A DNA stretch of 64,000 nucleotides, taken from the IMG/VR virus record IMGVR_UViG_3300028887_000078; one strand, 5' to 3'. Origin of the DNA: a virus (taxonomy: Duplodnaviria > Caudoviricetes). Under the pieces are notes generated by a model. The model saw nothing but the letters and a program-made list of their open reading frames with translations. It was not told the origin of the DNA and did not search any database. Both the position numbers and the translations under genes were made by a program. Shown piece after piece: positions 31,358-40,011 of this stretch. Position 1 is the first letter of the stretch. Each line of letters opens with the position of its first letter.

Positions 31358-32638
31358 ATGACGGAAGAACGCTTCATTGAAATAACAGGCAGACTTGCCG
31401 AACTCCTGAAAGGAACGAAGTATGAGTCGCACGTCTTTGCGGTCGGCGGAAGTGTGAGGGACTATGTGATGCACACGGAAATCAAGGACATCGACCTTGT
31501 GGTGGACATTGAGAACGGGGGTATCGGACTTGCGCAGTATCTTTCAAACAAGAACCTTCTTGCATACCCCCCTGTGATTTATCCGACCTACGGAACTTGT
31601 ATGTTCAGACTGTCCGATTTCCCTGATGTCGAACTTGAGGCGGTTCACACGAGAGGCGAGGAGTACAGGGACAGAAAGTCAAGAAACCCGCAGACGCACT
31701 TTGCCTGTATTGGCGAGGACGCCGTCCGCAGGGACTTGACCATCAACGCCCTTTATTACGACATTTTCAACAGGAATGTTCTTGACCCGACAGGTCGTGG
31801 ACTTTCCGACATAGAGAACCGTGTCATCCGCACGAGCAACGAGAACCCGAATGCGGTTTTCGACGACGACCCCTTGCGGATACTCCGTGTAATCCGTTTT
31901 TCGGCGAAGTATGGGTGGAGGATTGAGGAGACCACCTATGCCGCTATATCCCGTTACAAGGACAGACTTTCAATCATCTCCCGTGAAAGAATCACACAGG
32001 AGTATGTGAATATGCTCAACACCAAGAACCCGCATTTCGCTATGGGGAATGTCTCATCGCTCGGTCTGTGGGATGTTGTGACGGGAGCGGAGATGACCGA
32101 CCGTATGAAGAAGAACGTGACGAAGGCGTTGTTTGAGTGCGCGAAGGATGACCGTCCCCTATACACGAAACTCGCCGTCATTTACAACGAGTTTGACGAG
32201 CGGTGCGTGTATGACATCCTGCACAAGTTGAAGTTTTCAAACACTGACGCGAAGAATATCTCCAAACTCATCGGACACCTCCACGACTTTGACACTGATT
32301 GCAGCGACAAGAACATAAGACTGACACAGGTCAGGTTCCGCAGGGCAAGGTTCTATGAACTTGTGTGGACGATGCAGGCGCTCGGTATGGAGAATGCGAA
32401 CATCGTATTCCGCAAGACAAATACGAGCGTCTGTGATATGTTCGGGTACAAACTCCCGCTTGACGGCAATGACATCATCAGGGAACTTGGAATCGGCAGC
32501 GGTGCTATGGTCGGTGCGATACTTGATGAGATGCTGCACGTCGTGTGTGAAAACCCGCTTGTCACGAGAGATGAACTGCTCGGTTTGTTCAGGGGGCGCG
32601 TAACCAATCTTGAAAGTATTGACAAAAATTGTGAATAG
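31358..32638 (+). CDS. cca: class II tRNA nucleotidyltransferase (CCA-adding enzyme family)
   Basis: VGGSVRD, DIDLV, RRDLTINAL, DDPLRILRVIRF, ISRERI; no evident HD domain. Confidence 0.9.
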   Translation: MTEERFIEITGRLAELLKGTKYESHVFAVGGSVRDYVMHTEIKDIDLVVDIENGGIGLAQYLSNKNLLAYPPVIYPTYGTCMFRLSDFPDVELEAVHTRGEEYRDRKSRNPQTHFACIGEDAVRRDLTINALYYDIFNRNVLDPTGRGLSDIENRVIRTSNENPNAVFDDDPLRILRVIRFSAKYGWRIEETTYAAISRYKDRLSIISRERITQEYVNMLNTKNPHFAMGNVSSLGLWDVVTGAEMTDRMKKNVTKALFECAKDDRPLYTKLAVIYNEFDERCVYDILHKLKFSNTDAKNISKLIGHLHDFDTDCSDKNIRLTQVRFRRARFYELVWTMQALGMENANIVFRKTNTSVCDMFGYKLPLDGNDIIRELGIGSGAMVGAILDEMLHVVCENPLVTRDELLGLFRGRVTNLESIDKNCE

Positions 32639-32640
32639 GT

Positions 32641-33051
32641 ATGGGCAGGTTTAGTGATATATTGCCTGAAATAGAGTCGTTTGAGGTTGGGAAGGAAAAG
32701 GACTCTGACAATTATTTCGTTGAATGGAAGTTCAATATGTTGAGTAATTACGACGAGGAGGTCTGTAAGTGCATTTCAGAAGGCGCACCCATAACCGTGT
32801 GGTTTGATGAAGTCCGTTGCATCACGTTCAATGGAAACGAGAGTGATGTCGTGAAGGAAAAGAGCAGGGTTGTTGTCACGTTCCGCAACATATTTGCGAC
32901 GCCAAAGGACGTGGTGTGCGGTATGTGGATTGAAAACGATATTTTCTGCGACCTTTTCAATGAGAATACGGCATTTTCCTCGATTGATTTGTATATTGGG
33001 GAATATGCAAAAAAAATCGCGGAGTTTTATGGCATTGCGTTGGGTTCGTAA
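32641..33051 (+). CDS. hypothetical protein (MGRFSD N-terminus)
   Basis: 136-aa ORF following cca. Confidence 0.6.
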   Translation: MGRFSDILPEIESFEVGKEKDSDNYFVEWKFNMLSNYDEEVCKCISEGAPITVWFDEVRCITFNGNESDVVKEKSRVVVTFRNIFATPKDVVCGMWIENDIFCDLFNENTAFSSIDLYIGEYAKKIAEFYGIALGS

Positions 33052-33056
33052 CAGTT

Positions 33057-34529
33057 CCTTGAAAATCTAATAAAATCTACGAAAAACTTGTAAAAACTAA
33101 CTGATATAAATATATTATAGTTTCAGACTATTTATAAATATAATGAACGGAAGTAGCAAGACGTTCAAATTATTCAAAAGAAGATATATAGGGATAACTC
33201 CATCTCGGTTCTTGCTACGTTTTATTTACCGAGCGGATGCGTCCCTTTTTTATTGACTATGTTGCGAGGAATCAAGGTAAGGTTATATCCCAACAAGGAA
33301 CAGCAGGCAAGACTGAATCAAGTTCTTGGTTGCTATAGATTTGTGTATAACAAGACACTTGAACTCAAACGCAATGTCTATGACGAGGACAAGACCAACC
33401 TCAAACTAACCGACATTTCAAAGTGGTTTCACGGAACGCTGTTAAAAGATGAAAACTATGCTTGGTTGCAGGAACAGAACACAAAGGTGATGAAACAGTC
33501 AATCCGTCAGATGCTTGACGCTTATTCAAACTTCTTCAAACAGCACAAGGGATTCCCGAAGTTCAAGTCAAAGAAGGACAACCAATCGGCATTGTTTCCA
33601 TACGAGGCGATTTCCAAACGCAACACATTCAACGAAAGAAAAATAACTCTCACTAAAGACCTGAAGAACATCCGTTTCAGATGTTCCGACTTGTATTTCA
33701 AGAGACTTCAAGACTACAAAGATTGTATAAGGAGTGCAACCGTTTCGAGAACCAAGAGCGGCAACTACTTCCTTTCAATCCTTGTTGACATCCCGAAGGA
33801 AGAACTTATCAAGTTCAAGCATACCAAGCAGTGTGTCGGAATAGACCTCGGAGTCAAGGATTTTGTAATCACAAGTGACGGCGAGGTCTTTGAAAACAAA
33901 CACTTTTTCAAAAAGCAAGAAAAGAAAGTCAAGCGATTGCAGAAGCAACTGTCAAAGAAAGTAAAAGGTTCACACAACCGAGAGAAACAGCGTGTCAGAA
34001 TTGCAAAGGCGTTTGAACGACTTACCAACCAAAAGGATGCTTATATTCATTCGGTTGTGAATGCTTTGTTGTCTTTGTACGACTTGGTTTGTATAGAGGA
34101 TTTGAATGTGCAGGGAATGGTGAAAAACCACAAATTAGCAAAAGCAATTCAAGAGGTCGGTTTCTACAAGTTCAAGCAGATTTTGCTTGACAAAGCAAGT
34201 GTCAACGGCAAGCAGGTTGTCTTGGTTGACCGTTTCTATCCGAGCAGCAAGACCTGCCACAAGTGCGGATATGTGAAGAAAGATTTGACTTTGAGTGACC
34301 GTGAATGGGTCTGCCCTATTTGCGGTGAGCATCTTGAAAGGGACATAAATGCTGCAATCAACATATTGATTGAAGGATTAAGAATAATAGGTGTCCGTAG
34401 CACCGAATTTACGCTTGCGGAGAACCCAACCGTGGATGACCGTCTGGCAACAGACCTAAAAAGCGGTGGTTCGTTGAAACAAGAAAGAAGGACTAATAAT
34501 TCCAATTTTTATTAAATTTTTCTATACGG
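33057..34529 (+). mobile_element. tnpB-only IS200/IS605/IS607-type element (ends approximate)
   Basis: Intact tnpB with no tnpA; AT-rich ends ccttgaaaatctaataaaat.. and ..atttttattaaatttttctatacgg are imperfectly inverted. Confidence 0.6.
33259..34515 (+). CDS. tnpB: TnpB RNA-guided endonuclease
   Basis: HTH KVRLYPNKEQ; RuvC GIDLG, IEDL, RDINAAINI; Zn ribbon CHKCG..CPICG. Confidence 0.95.
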   Translation: MLRGIKVRLYPNKEQQARLNQVLGCYRFVYNKTLELKRNVYDEDKTNLKLTDISKWFHGTLLKDENYAWLQEQNTKVMKQSIRQMLDAYSNFFKQHKGFPKFKSKKDNQSALFPYEAISKRNTFNERKITLTKDLKNIRFRCSDLYFKRLQDYKDCIRSATVSRTKSGNYFLSILVDIPKEELIKFKHTKQCVGIDLGVKDFVITSDGEVFENKHFFKKQEKKVKRLQKQLSKKVKGSHNREKQRVRIAKAFERLTNQKDAYIHSVVNALLSLYDLVCIEDLNVQGMVKNHKLAKAIQEVGFYKFKQILLDKASVNGKQVVLVDRFYPSSKTCHKCGYVKKDLTLSDREWVCPICGEHLERDINAAINILIEGLRIIGVRSTEFTLAENPTVDDRLATDLKSGGSLKQERRTNNSNFY

Positions 34530-34597
34530 TTTGGGTGGTTGAATGATTGTTGCGCAGATTTGATTTTTTCCATTATATTCAATAAAAACAAACTGCT

Positions 34598-35140
34598 ATG
34601 ACAATAATTTGGGGTGATTGGTACGACAGCGACACAAAAATGCTGAAACTTCTTTGGGAGGGAATCCCGAATGTGAACCTTGTCCATCTCACGAAAAAAT
34701 GGAACAGTGTTATGGAGAAGGCGGTAGACCTTGCGATTTCAAACGAGAAGGACACATTGCTGATTTGCGGTCACGGGACGCAGTACGGACTTCTTGTCCC
34801 GCAGTCGTTAACGGAGTATGCCGTGCATCGGATGAACGTTGGACTGATACAGGCGAAAAGGGTTGTCGGGATTATGTGCTACGGGGCGGAGTTTGCAAAG
34901 AGTGTCGGTCTGCACGGTCTGTTCTCGTCTATGTTCATCAGCAACGTGAACGAAGCGGTTGACAATTCCATTTTTACCACCCGTGAAACCATACACGAAA
35001 CCAATGCTGTCATTTTGGGCATCATAAACGAATATCTTGCGAACAGAATCACTTTGGATGAATGCCTGCAAAAACTGCAATGCGAGACTCCCGCCAATGC
35101 AGTTGCGGAGTTCAATGCAAGCGGTGTGCAGGTGGTTTAG
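34598..35140 (+). CDS. hypothetical protein
   Basis: 180 aa; CGHGT and MCYGAEF motifs; promoter motif at 34571. Confidence 0.65.
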   Translation: MTIIWGDWYDSDTKMLKLLWEGIPNVNLVHLTKKWNSVMEKAVDLAISNEKDTLLICGHGTQYGLLVPQSLTEYAVHRMNVGLIQAKRVVGIMCYGAEFAKSVGLHGLFSSMFISNVNEAVDNSIFTTRETIHETNAVILGIINEYLANRITLDECLQKLQCETPANAVAEFNASGVQVV

Positions 35141-35343
35141 AGTCTGACTTTCAGTTTTACAGGGTCGTCGCTTGGTTTCAGGTCTGCGAGCATTTCGTCG
35201 AACGGTGTGTTGTCTACGTTTATCATACTTGTATAGGGGAACGACTGCCAATGCAGACCGCTTATGTTGTTTTTGACGGGTTCCGAAAAGTGGAGGTGGA
35301 GTCTTCCGTCACAGTCCCTTGCAAACCAAACTTCCATTGTCAT
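35137..35343 (-). CDS. small hypothetical phage protein
   Basis: WFARDCDGRLHL..P pattern; last gene of a minus-strand operon. Confidence 0.6.
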   Translation of the reverse strand: MTMEVWFARDCDGRLHLHFSEPVKNNISGLHWQSFPYTSMINVDNTPFDEMLADLKPSDDPVKLKVRL

Positions 35344-35352
35344 TCCATATCA

Positions 35353-35568
35353 TCACCATTCTTCCGCGGGGCAGGTCTCTGTTGACCATTTCGCTTTCTT
35401 CACGAGATAGCACCCGCATATCCCGCAAGTCCATTTCTCCTCGTTGAGGTATCTGCACTCCGCGCATTTGTCAAGGCGTCTTGAGTATTCCTCGAACGAG
35501 GTTTTTTTGAAGTGTCCGTATATTGCGTATCTGAAAATCGCACGGATGAACCTGAATAGCGTTTTCAT
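35353..35568 (-). CDS. small Cys-rich protein
   Basis: RLDKCAEC..CGICGC..KAK..TCP..W. Confidence 0.7.
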   Translation of the reverse strand: MKTLFRFIRAIFRYAIYGHFKKTSFEEYSRRLDKCAECRYLNEEKWTCGICGCYLVKKAKWSTETCPAEEW

Positions 35569-37052
35569 CAGAAGTTGTTTATGATATAGTATGCGATTTC
35601 GTGGAGTTCTTCATCTGTGAGTTCCACGATGTTGTCTGTTCCGTATTCTCCGTTGTAGAACACAGGTTCGCCGTTGTCGTCGAGTTTCACGAATGTCACC
35701 ATTCCGTTCTTGAACTTGTGCGGTGTGCCGAGGTTGAGTTGGTAGTCGTAGTCGGAAAGCACGTCGGCAATCATCATTTTGTCCTCAAGTTTCTCCTTTT
35801 CGCCATTGAGCACCTGTTCCGCTATGAACTGCTCTGAAGTGTAAACACTCCCTGCGTTTTCAAGTACGGCGTTTTCCTTTGAAAGCATCGAGAGATAAAG
35901 GTATGCGCATTTGTGGGTGTAGTCCGCTTTCACATATTTGTCTTCGCCGAGCGCCTCTCCTGCGTTTATGTCGACTTTGAAGTCTTCAATCTTTATGCCG
36001 CCGATTGGTTCCCTCACTTGTTCCGCGACGGACTTCATAACACTTTCGTTGTTCACGGTCGCTATCATAACGTCGATTGGGGACGGGAGTGACTTCTTGT
36101 TGTTTATTCCGTCGTATTGCTCGACCATATATGTTGCGAACCTGAAATTCTTGACTTTGTTGTCGTCACCCTCGTTTGCAAATTTGACTGCGTCTTCAAC
36201 GGTTTGTTCAGCACCCGTTTTTTTGTAGAACTCCATCCTTCTTTTGTTGAGTTCGTTTGACACGTCAAGGTTCCCCTCGTCGTCCGCAAGCGCTTTTTCA
36301 AGTTCTCCCTTTCCGATTCCTTCAAGCATTTTCTTTATCGCTTTCGCGGTCAGACCTGCGTCTTTTATGAGTTCGGTCGGTTCCCCGTAGTCGCTTGCAA
36401 GCGCACTGTTTGTTTTTTGCGCCGCTTCGCGTTCCTTTTCCATCGCTTCGAGTCTTTCCTGTTCCTTTTTGTGTTTTTCCTCGTTTTTCTTTTCCTGCTC
36501 TTTTTTTAATTTTTCCTCTTTCAGGAGTTTTGTTGTCTCCTTTCTGATTATTTCGTTGGCAATTATCTTCGACTGTGTAATCATAAGACTTGCCCATTCC
36601 ATAAGCATATTGCTTTTCTTTGCACGGAGGTTTATTTTTTCAATGATGGCGTTGATTTTGTCCATCAGTGCCTTGTCGCCTGTGAGGAACAGCACACCTT
36701 CCTTGTTCGACGCGTTCTTTTTCTCGCCGTTTGTGCTTGCGCCGACTTTTGCGAAGTCCACGTCTTTTGCAAGTGTGTCCTTGTTTTGTTCGTCCACGAT
36801 TCTGACGTCGTCCATATTCTTTGCGACATTGAGTGCGCTTTCAACATAGGTGTTGATGTATTCCACGCACATTTTCTTTATGTCTTTGACGCGTTTCATA
36901 TAACGGACTGATATGAATTTGAAGTAACCTTTCACTTTCGGGGCGTCTTTCACATAGGTCGCAGTCCCGTTGTCGTTCTTCGCTTCCATAAGAAGTTCCT
37001 GCGGCATAAGTTTGTTGAGGCTTTCCTCGATATAGTTTGTGTAATCTGTCAT
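35568..37052 (-). CDS. late K/E-rich protein, possible internal head protein
   Basis: 494 aa, coiled-coil; IEE and LLMEA possible prohead-protease sites near the N-terminus; late promoter at 37074. Confidence 0.55.
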   Translation of the reverse strand: MTDYTNYIEESLNKLMPQELLMEAKNDNGTATYVKDAPKVKGYFKFISVRYMKRVKDIKKMCVEYINTYVESALNVAKNMDDVRIVDEQNKDTLAKDVDFAKVGASTNGEKKNASNKEGVLFLTGDKALMDKINAIIEKINLRAKKSNMLMEWASLMITQSKIIANEIIRKETTKLLKEEKLKKEQEKKNEEKHKKEQERLEAMEKEREAAQKTNSALASDYGEPTELIKDAGLTAKAIKKMLEGIGKGELEKALADDEGNLDVSNELNKRRMEFYKKTGAEQTVEDAVKFANEGDDNKVKNFRFATYMVEQYDGINNKKSLPSPIDVMIATVNNESVMKSVAEQVREPIGGIKIEDFKVDINAGEALGEDKYVKADYTHKCAYLYLSMLSKENAVLENAGSVYTSEQFIAEQVLNGEKEKLEDKMMIADVLSDYDYQLNLGTPHKFKNGMVTFVKLDDNGEPVFYNGEYGTDNIVELTDEELHEIAYYIINNF

Positions 37053-37119
37053 ATTGGATAAATTTATTCAATATATTTATATGAATATATCATTGATATA
37101 TCGCTTTGCTATAAATAAT

Positions 37120-38403
37120 CGGAATTATCCCTTTAGTCTTGTAAAATGTGAGTAATATAAATATAGTATAGTATTTCAATCAGATGGAGAGGACGTACAC
37201 ATATAAGTTCAGGTTATATCCGAACAAAGAACAAGAGATTTATCTCGTCAATGTGTTTGGATGTTGCAGGCTTGTATATAACCATTTCCTCAATGAAAAG
37301 AAAACCCAATACAATGAATCCAAAACAAGTGATTCGTACAATGTTCAATCAGGTAAATTAACTGAACTTCGTAAAACGAATGAATTTGAGTTCTTGAATG
37401 CTGTTCCTTTGCAGGTATTACAATGCAGTTTGAGGAATATGCACAATGCTTATGACAACTTCTACAAACACAAAAGTTCCTATCCGAAGTTCAAGAACAG
37501 AAGGAACAAACAGTCGTTTAAGTTACCACAAGAACAGTGTTTTAGAATAAAAGATAACAAACTTTACATTCCTAAACTAAAAAGCGGAATTGACATTGTA
37601 ATGGAACGTAAGATTATAGGCAAAATATGCTTTGCCACAATCTCAAAGAATAAGGCGGGCAAATACCACATAGCAATTACTGTTAAACAGGATTACATAC
37701 CTTATGGAAAGACCAACCGTTCTGTCGGTCTTGACCTCGGCATAAAGGATTTCGTCATCACAAGTGACGGGGTTAAATACAAGAACCATAGAAGTATAAT
37801 AAGGACATTAAAACGTAAACTAAAACATAACCAAAGACATCTGTCAAGGAAAGTTTATGGTAGCAAGCGATACGAAAACCAAGTGTTGAAATGCAACCGA
37901 ATCTATCAGAAGATAACAGATGCCAAAACTGACTACATTCATAAGATAACCACAGAACTTGTCAGACACTACGATGTGATAAAGGTTGAAGACCTAAACA
38001 TTAAAGGGATGATGAAGAACCACAAGTTGGCAGAGGCAATATCAGAATGTAATTGGTATCAGTTCATTCAAACTCTTGAATATAAGTGTTTGTGGAATGA
38101 AAAAGAACTTATAAAGATTGACCGTTTCTATCCGTCAAGTCAGATGTGCAGTGAATGTGGTTATGTTGAAAAAAAAGTCAGAAACCTAAATGTGAGGGAA
38201 TGGACTTGCTGTAACTGCGGTTGTCATCACGACCGTGATGTAAATGCAGCAAGAAACATTTTGAAATATAATTCGGCAAGGAATGTCGAAAACAGTCGTG
38301 GAGTTGTATGCAAACTGAATGAAAGAACCAAATCAGTTGGTGATTGTTCGGACAACTGTGAAGCGATTATTGAACTTTTACAAGACTAAAAGGGATAATT
38401 CCG
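37120..38403 (+). mobile_element. non-autonomous TIR cassette carrying tnpB
   Basis: TIRs 37120-37144 and 38378-38403 (differ by one T indel); flanking direct repeats taaataat (37112-37119) and taaataaa (38404-38411); same TIR as 1253..2005. Confidence 0.85.
37184..38389 (+). CDS. tnpB: TnpB RNA-guided endonuclease
   Basis: YKFRLYPNKEQ, GLDLG, VEDL, CSECG..CCNCG, DRDVNAARNI; stop codon lies inside the right TIR. Confidence 0.95.
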   Translation: MERTYTYKFRLYPNKEQEIYLVNVFGCCRLVYNHFLNEKKTQYNESKTSDSYNVQSGKLTELRKTNEFEFLNAVPLQVLQCSLRNMHNAYDNFYKHKSSYPKFKNRRNKQSFKLPQEQCFRIKDNKLYIPKLKSGIDIVMERKIIGKICFATISKNKAGKYHIAITVKQDYIPYGKTNRSVGLDLGIKDFVITSDGVKYKNHRSIIRTLKRKLKHNQRHLSRKVYGSKRYENQVLKCNRIYQKITDAKTDYIHKITTELVRHYDVIKVEDLNIKGMMKNHKLAEAISECNWYQFIQTLEYKCLWNEKELIKIDRFYPSSQMCSECGYVEKKVRNLNVREWTCCNCGCHHDRDVNAARNILKYNSARNVENSRGVVCKLNERTKSVGDCSDNCEAIIELLQD

Positions 38404-38429
38404 TAAATAAATATAGCAAAGATTTGATT

Positions 38430-40010
38430 ATGCAACCGACGAAACCTACAGAGAACGGGGTCAAGTACCTTCAATTAACGGACAGCATATTGATGGAATA
38501 TGTGTATGTCTGTGACAGATATGTGTCCAACAGCGGAACGGATTTGGACGGAGACACGCTTGCCGTCGATGAAAACGGCGACTTTATGAACACCTATGGA
38601 CACAGTCCTGTTTCCACATACCGAATCGCAAAGAACGAGTATGTGGACGAATTGTACTTTATGAACGATGAGTTGTCATCGGCACTTACAAACAACAGTA
38701 TGCGGAACACAGTCCTGCCTGTGAGGAAAGACCAAACCAAATGGGTCGCCACCAACAGGGTGAACGGGAAGTATTATTCCAAATACGACACGAAATGGGC
38801 GGACATAGACCCAATTTCAGGTGAAATGAGCATCAACAGGATACCTACCGCGCCGTACGGCGAGTATGTCCCGTATGACATAGTGAGATTCTATTTCCAA
38901 AGTGGGTACCATTCCGAATACGACGGGTTCATATTCAACTTGTACACGAGAAACAGGAACAACGAGTATGTTAACCTTCTCTGTGCTATGCACGAGAACT
39001 ATGGGAACTTCAGGATGCTGTCCGAACCGTTTTGGTTTGCCGACAAACTTTATACAAACTACATAGAGTACAGGGTTCCTTCCACTGCATATCTGTCGTC
39101 CGACGCAATCGGTGGCAACACGCCTTCTATGGAAATGAACAGATGGGGCGGAAGCGGAAATTACGACAAGACGAACCCCGACCCTGAAACACTGCCGTAT
39201 TTTCTTACACACAGCATAGGGTTCTACAACAACCCTGCAATAGGAATTGACCTGCACGCGGTCACAGGTTATGAGATGGACAGGGGGTTCAGGGTTTACA
39301 AGTCTCTTATGCTGACCTCGACGCTGTTTCCCAACAAGGACTCCTATGAAAGACTGATGGCGGTTGCAAGACCCGCGTCCGACGGGGACTACTACAAACT
39401 CTATGCCTATTATGAGAACGACCTGTCGAATCCTATTTACGATGAAATGTCCCTTTATGAATATCTGAAACAATACAGGAACACCTTCACGGTCGTGCAT
39501 ATCATAACTGTCAGCGAAACCTACACGGATGACGCTAACAACACCGTGACCGACACCCAGCCGCCTATGACGTACATACAGTCTTGGGAAAACCTTGAGA
39601 GTATGTACGAGGCGAATGAATCGCCTGAAATCCTTTTCCGACCTGTCCTGAAACACACTTCAAGGATGCTCTCCGACGGGGACGGTGCAAGGATAAGGTA
39701 TGTGGTGCGAATAACCAACGACAGGGACAACACCACGATTATCAAGAACACATCCTGTTCAATCATAAGACCAAGAAGGTTCGGTTTGAATATGGTTAAC
39801 GCAAACATAAACTCTATGAATGATGTGCGGGTTTACAACCGTGTGGAAAGCGGTCCAGTCCTGAACGTGACCACAGTCACCCGCCCGCTCGGTTCTGTTT
39901 CGTCGGAACAGGCGCCTGTGCAGGTGAACACCTATGTGACATCTTCGTTCATAGACAGGAGAAACATAAAAATACGGGTGTCCCCCGTTAGAATAGAGGA
40001 GGTTGAATAA
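38430..40010 (+). CDS. putative virion structural protein
   Basis: Start reassigned to ATG 38430; Tyr/Asn-rich; late-promoter context. Confidence 0.55.
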   Translation: MQPTKPTENGVKYLQLTDSILMEYVYVCDRYVSNSGTDLDGDTLAVDENGDFMNTYGHSPVSTYRIAKNEYVDELYFMNDELSSALTNNSMRNTVLPVRKDQTKWVATNRVNGKYYSKYDTKWADIDPISGEMSINRIPTAPYGEYVPYDIVRFYFQSGYHSEYDGFIFNLYTRNRNNEYVNLLCAMHENYGNFRMLSEPFWFADKLYTNYIEYRVPSTAYLSSDAIGGNTPSMEMNRWGGSGNYDKTNPDPETLPYFLTHSIGFYNNPAIGIDLHAVTGYEMDRGFRVYKSLMLTSTLFPNKDSYERLMAVARPASDGDYYKLYAYYENDLSNPIYDEMSLYEYLKQYRNTFTVVHIITVSETYTDDANNTVTDTQPPMTYIQSWENLESMYEANESPEILFRPVLKHTSRMLSDGDGARIRYVVRITNDRDNTTIIKNTSCSIIRPRRFGLNMVNANINSMNDVRVYNRVESGPVLNVTTVTRPLGSVSSEQAPVQVNTYVTSSFIDRRNIKIRVSPVRIEEVE

Positions 40011-40011
40011 T

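Noticed and set aside
33259-38389. Type V CRISPR-Cas (Cas12f) system
   Set aside because: No array or cas1/cas2 in the window; the proteins have the standard TnpB HTH-RuvC-Zn layout
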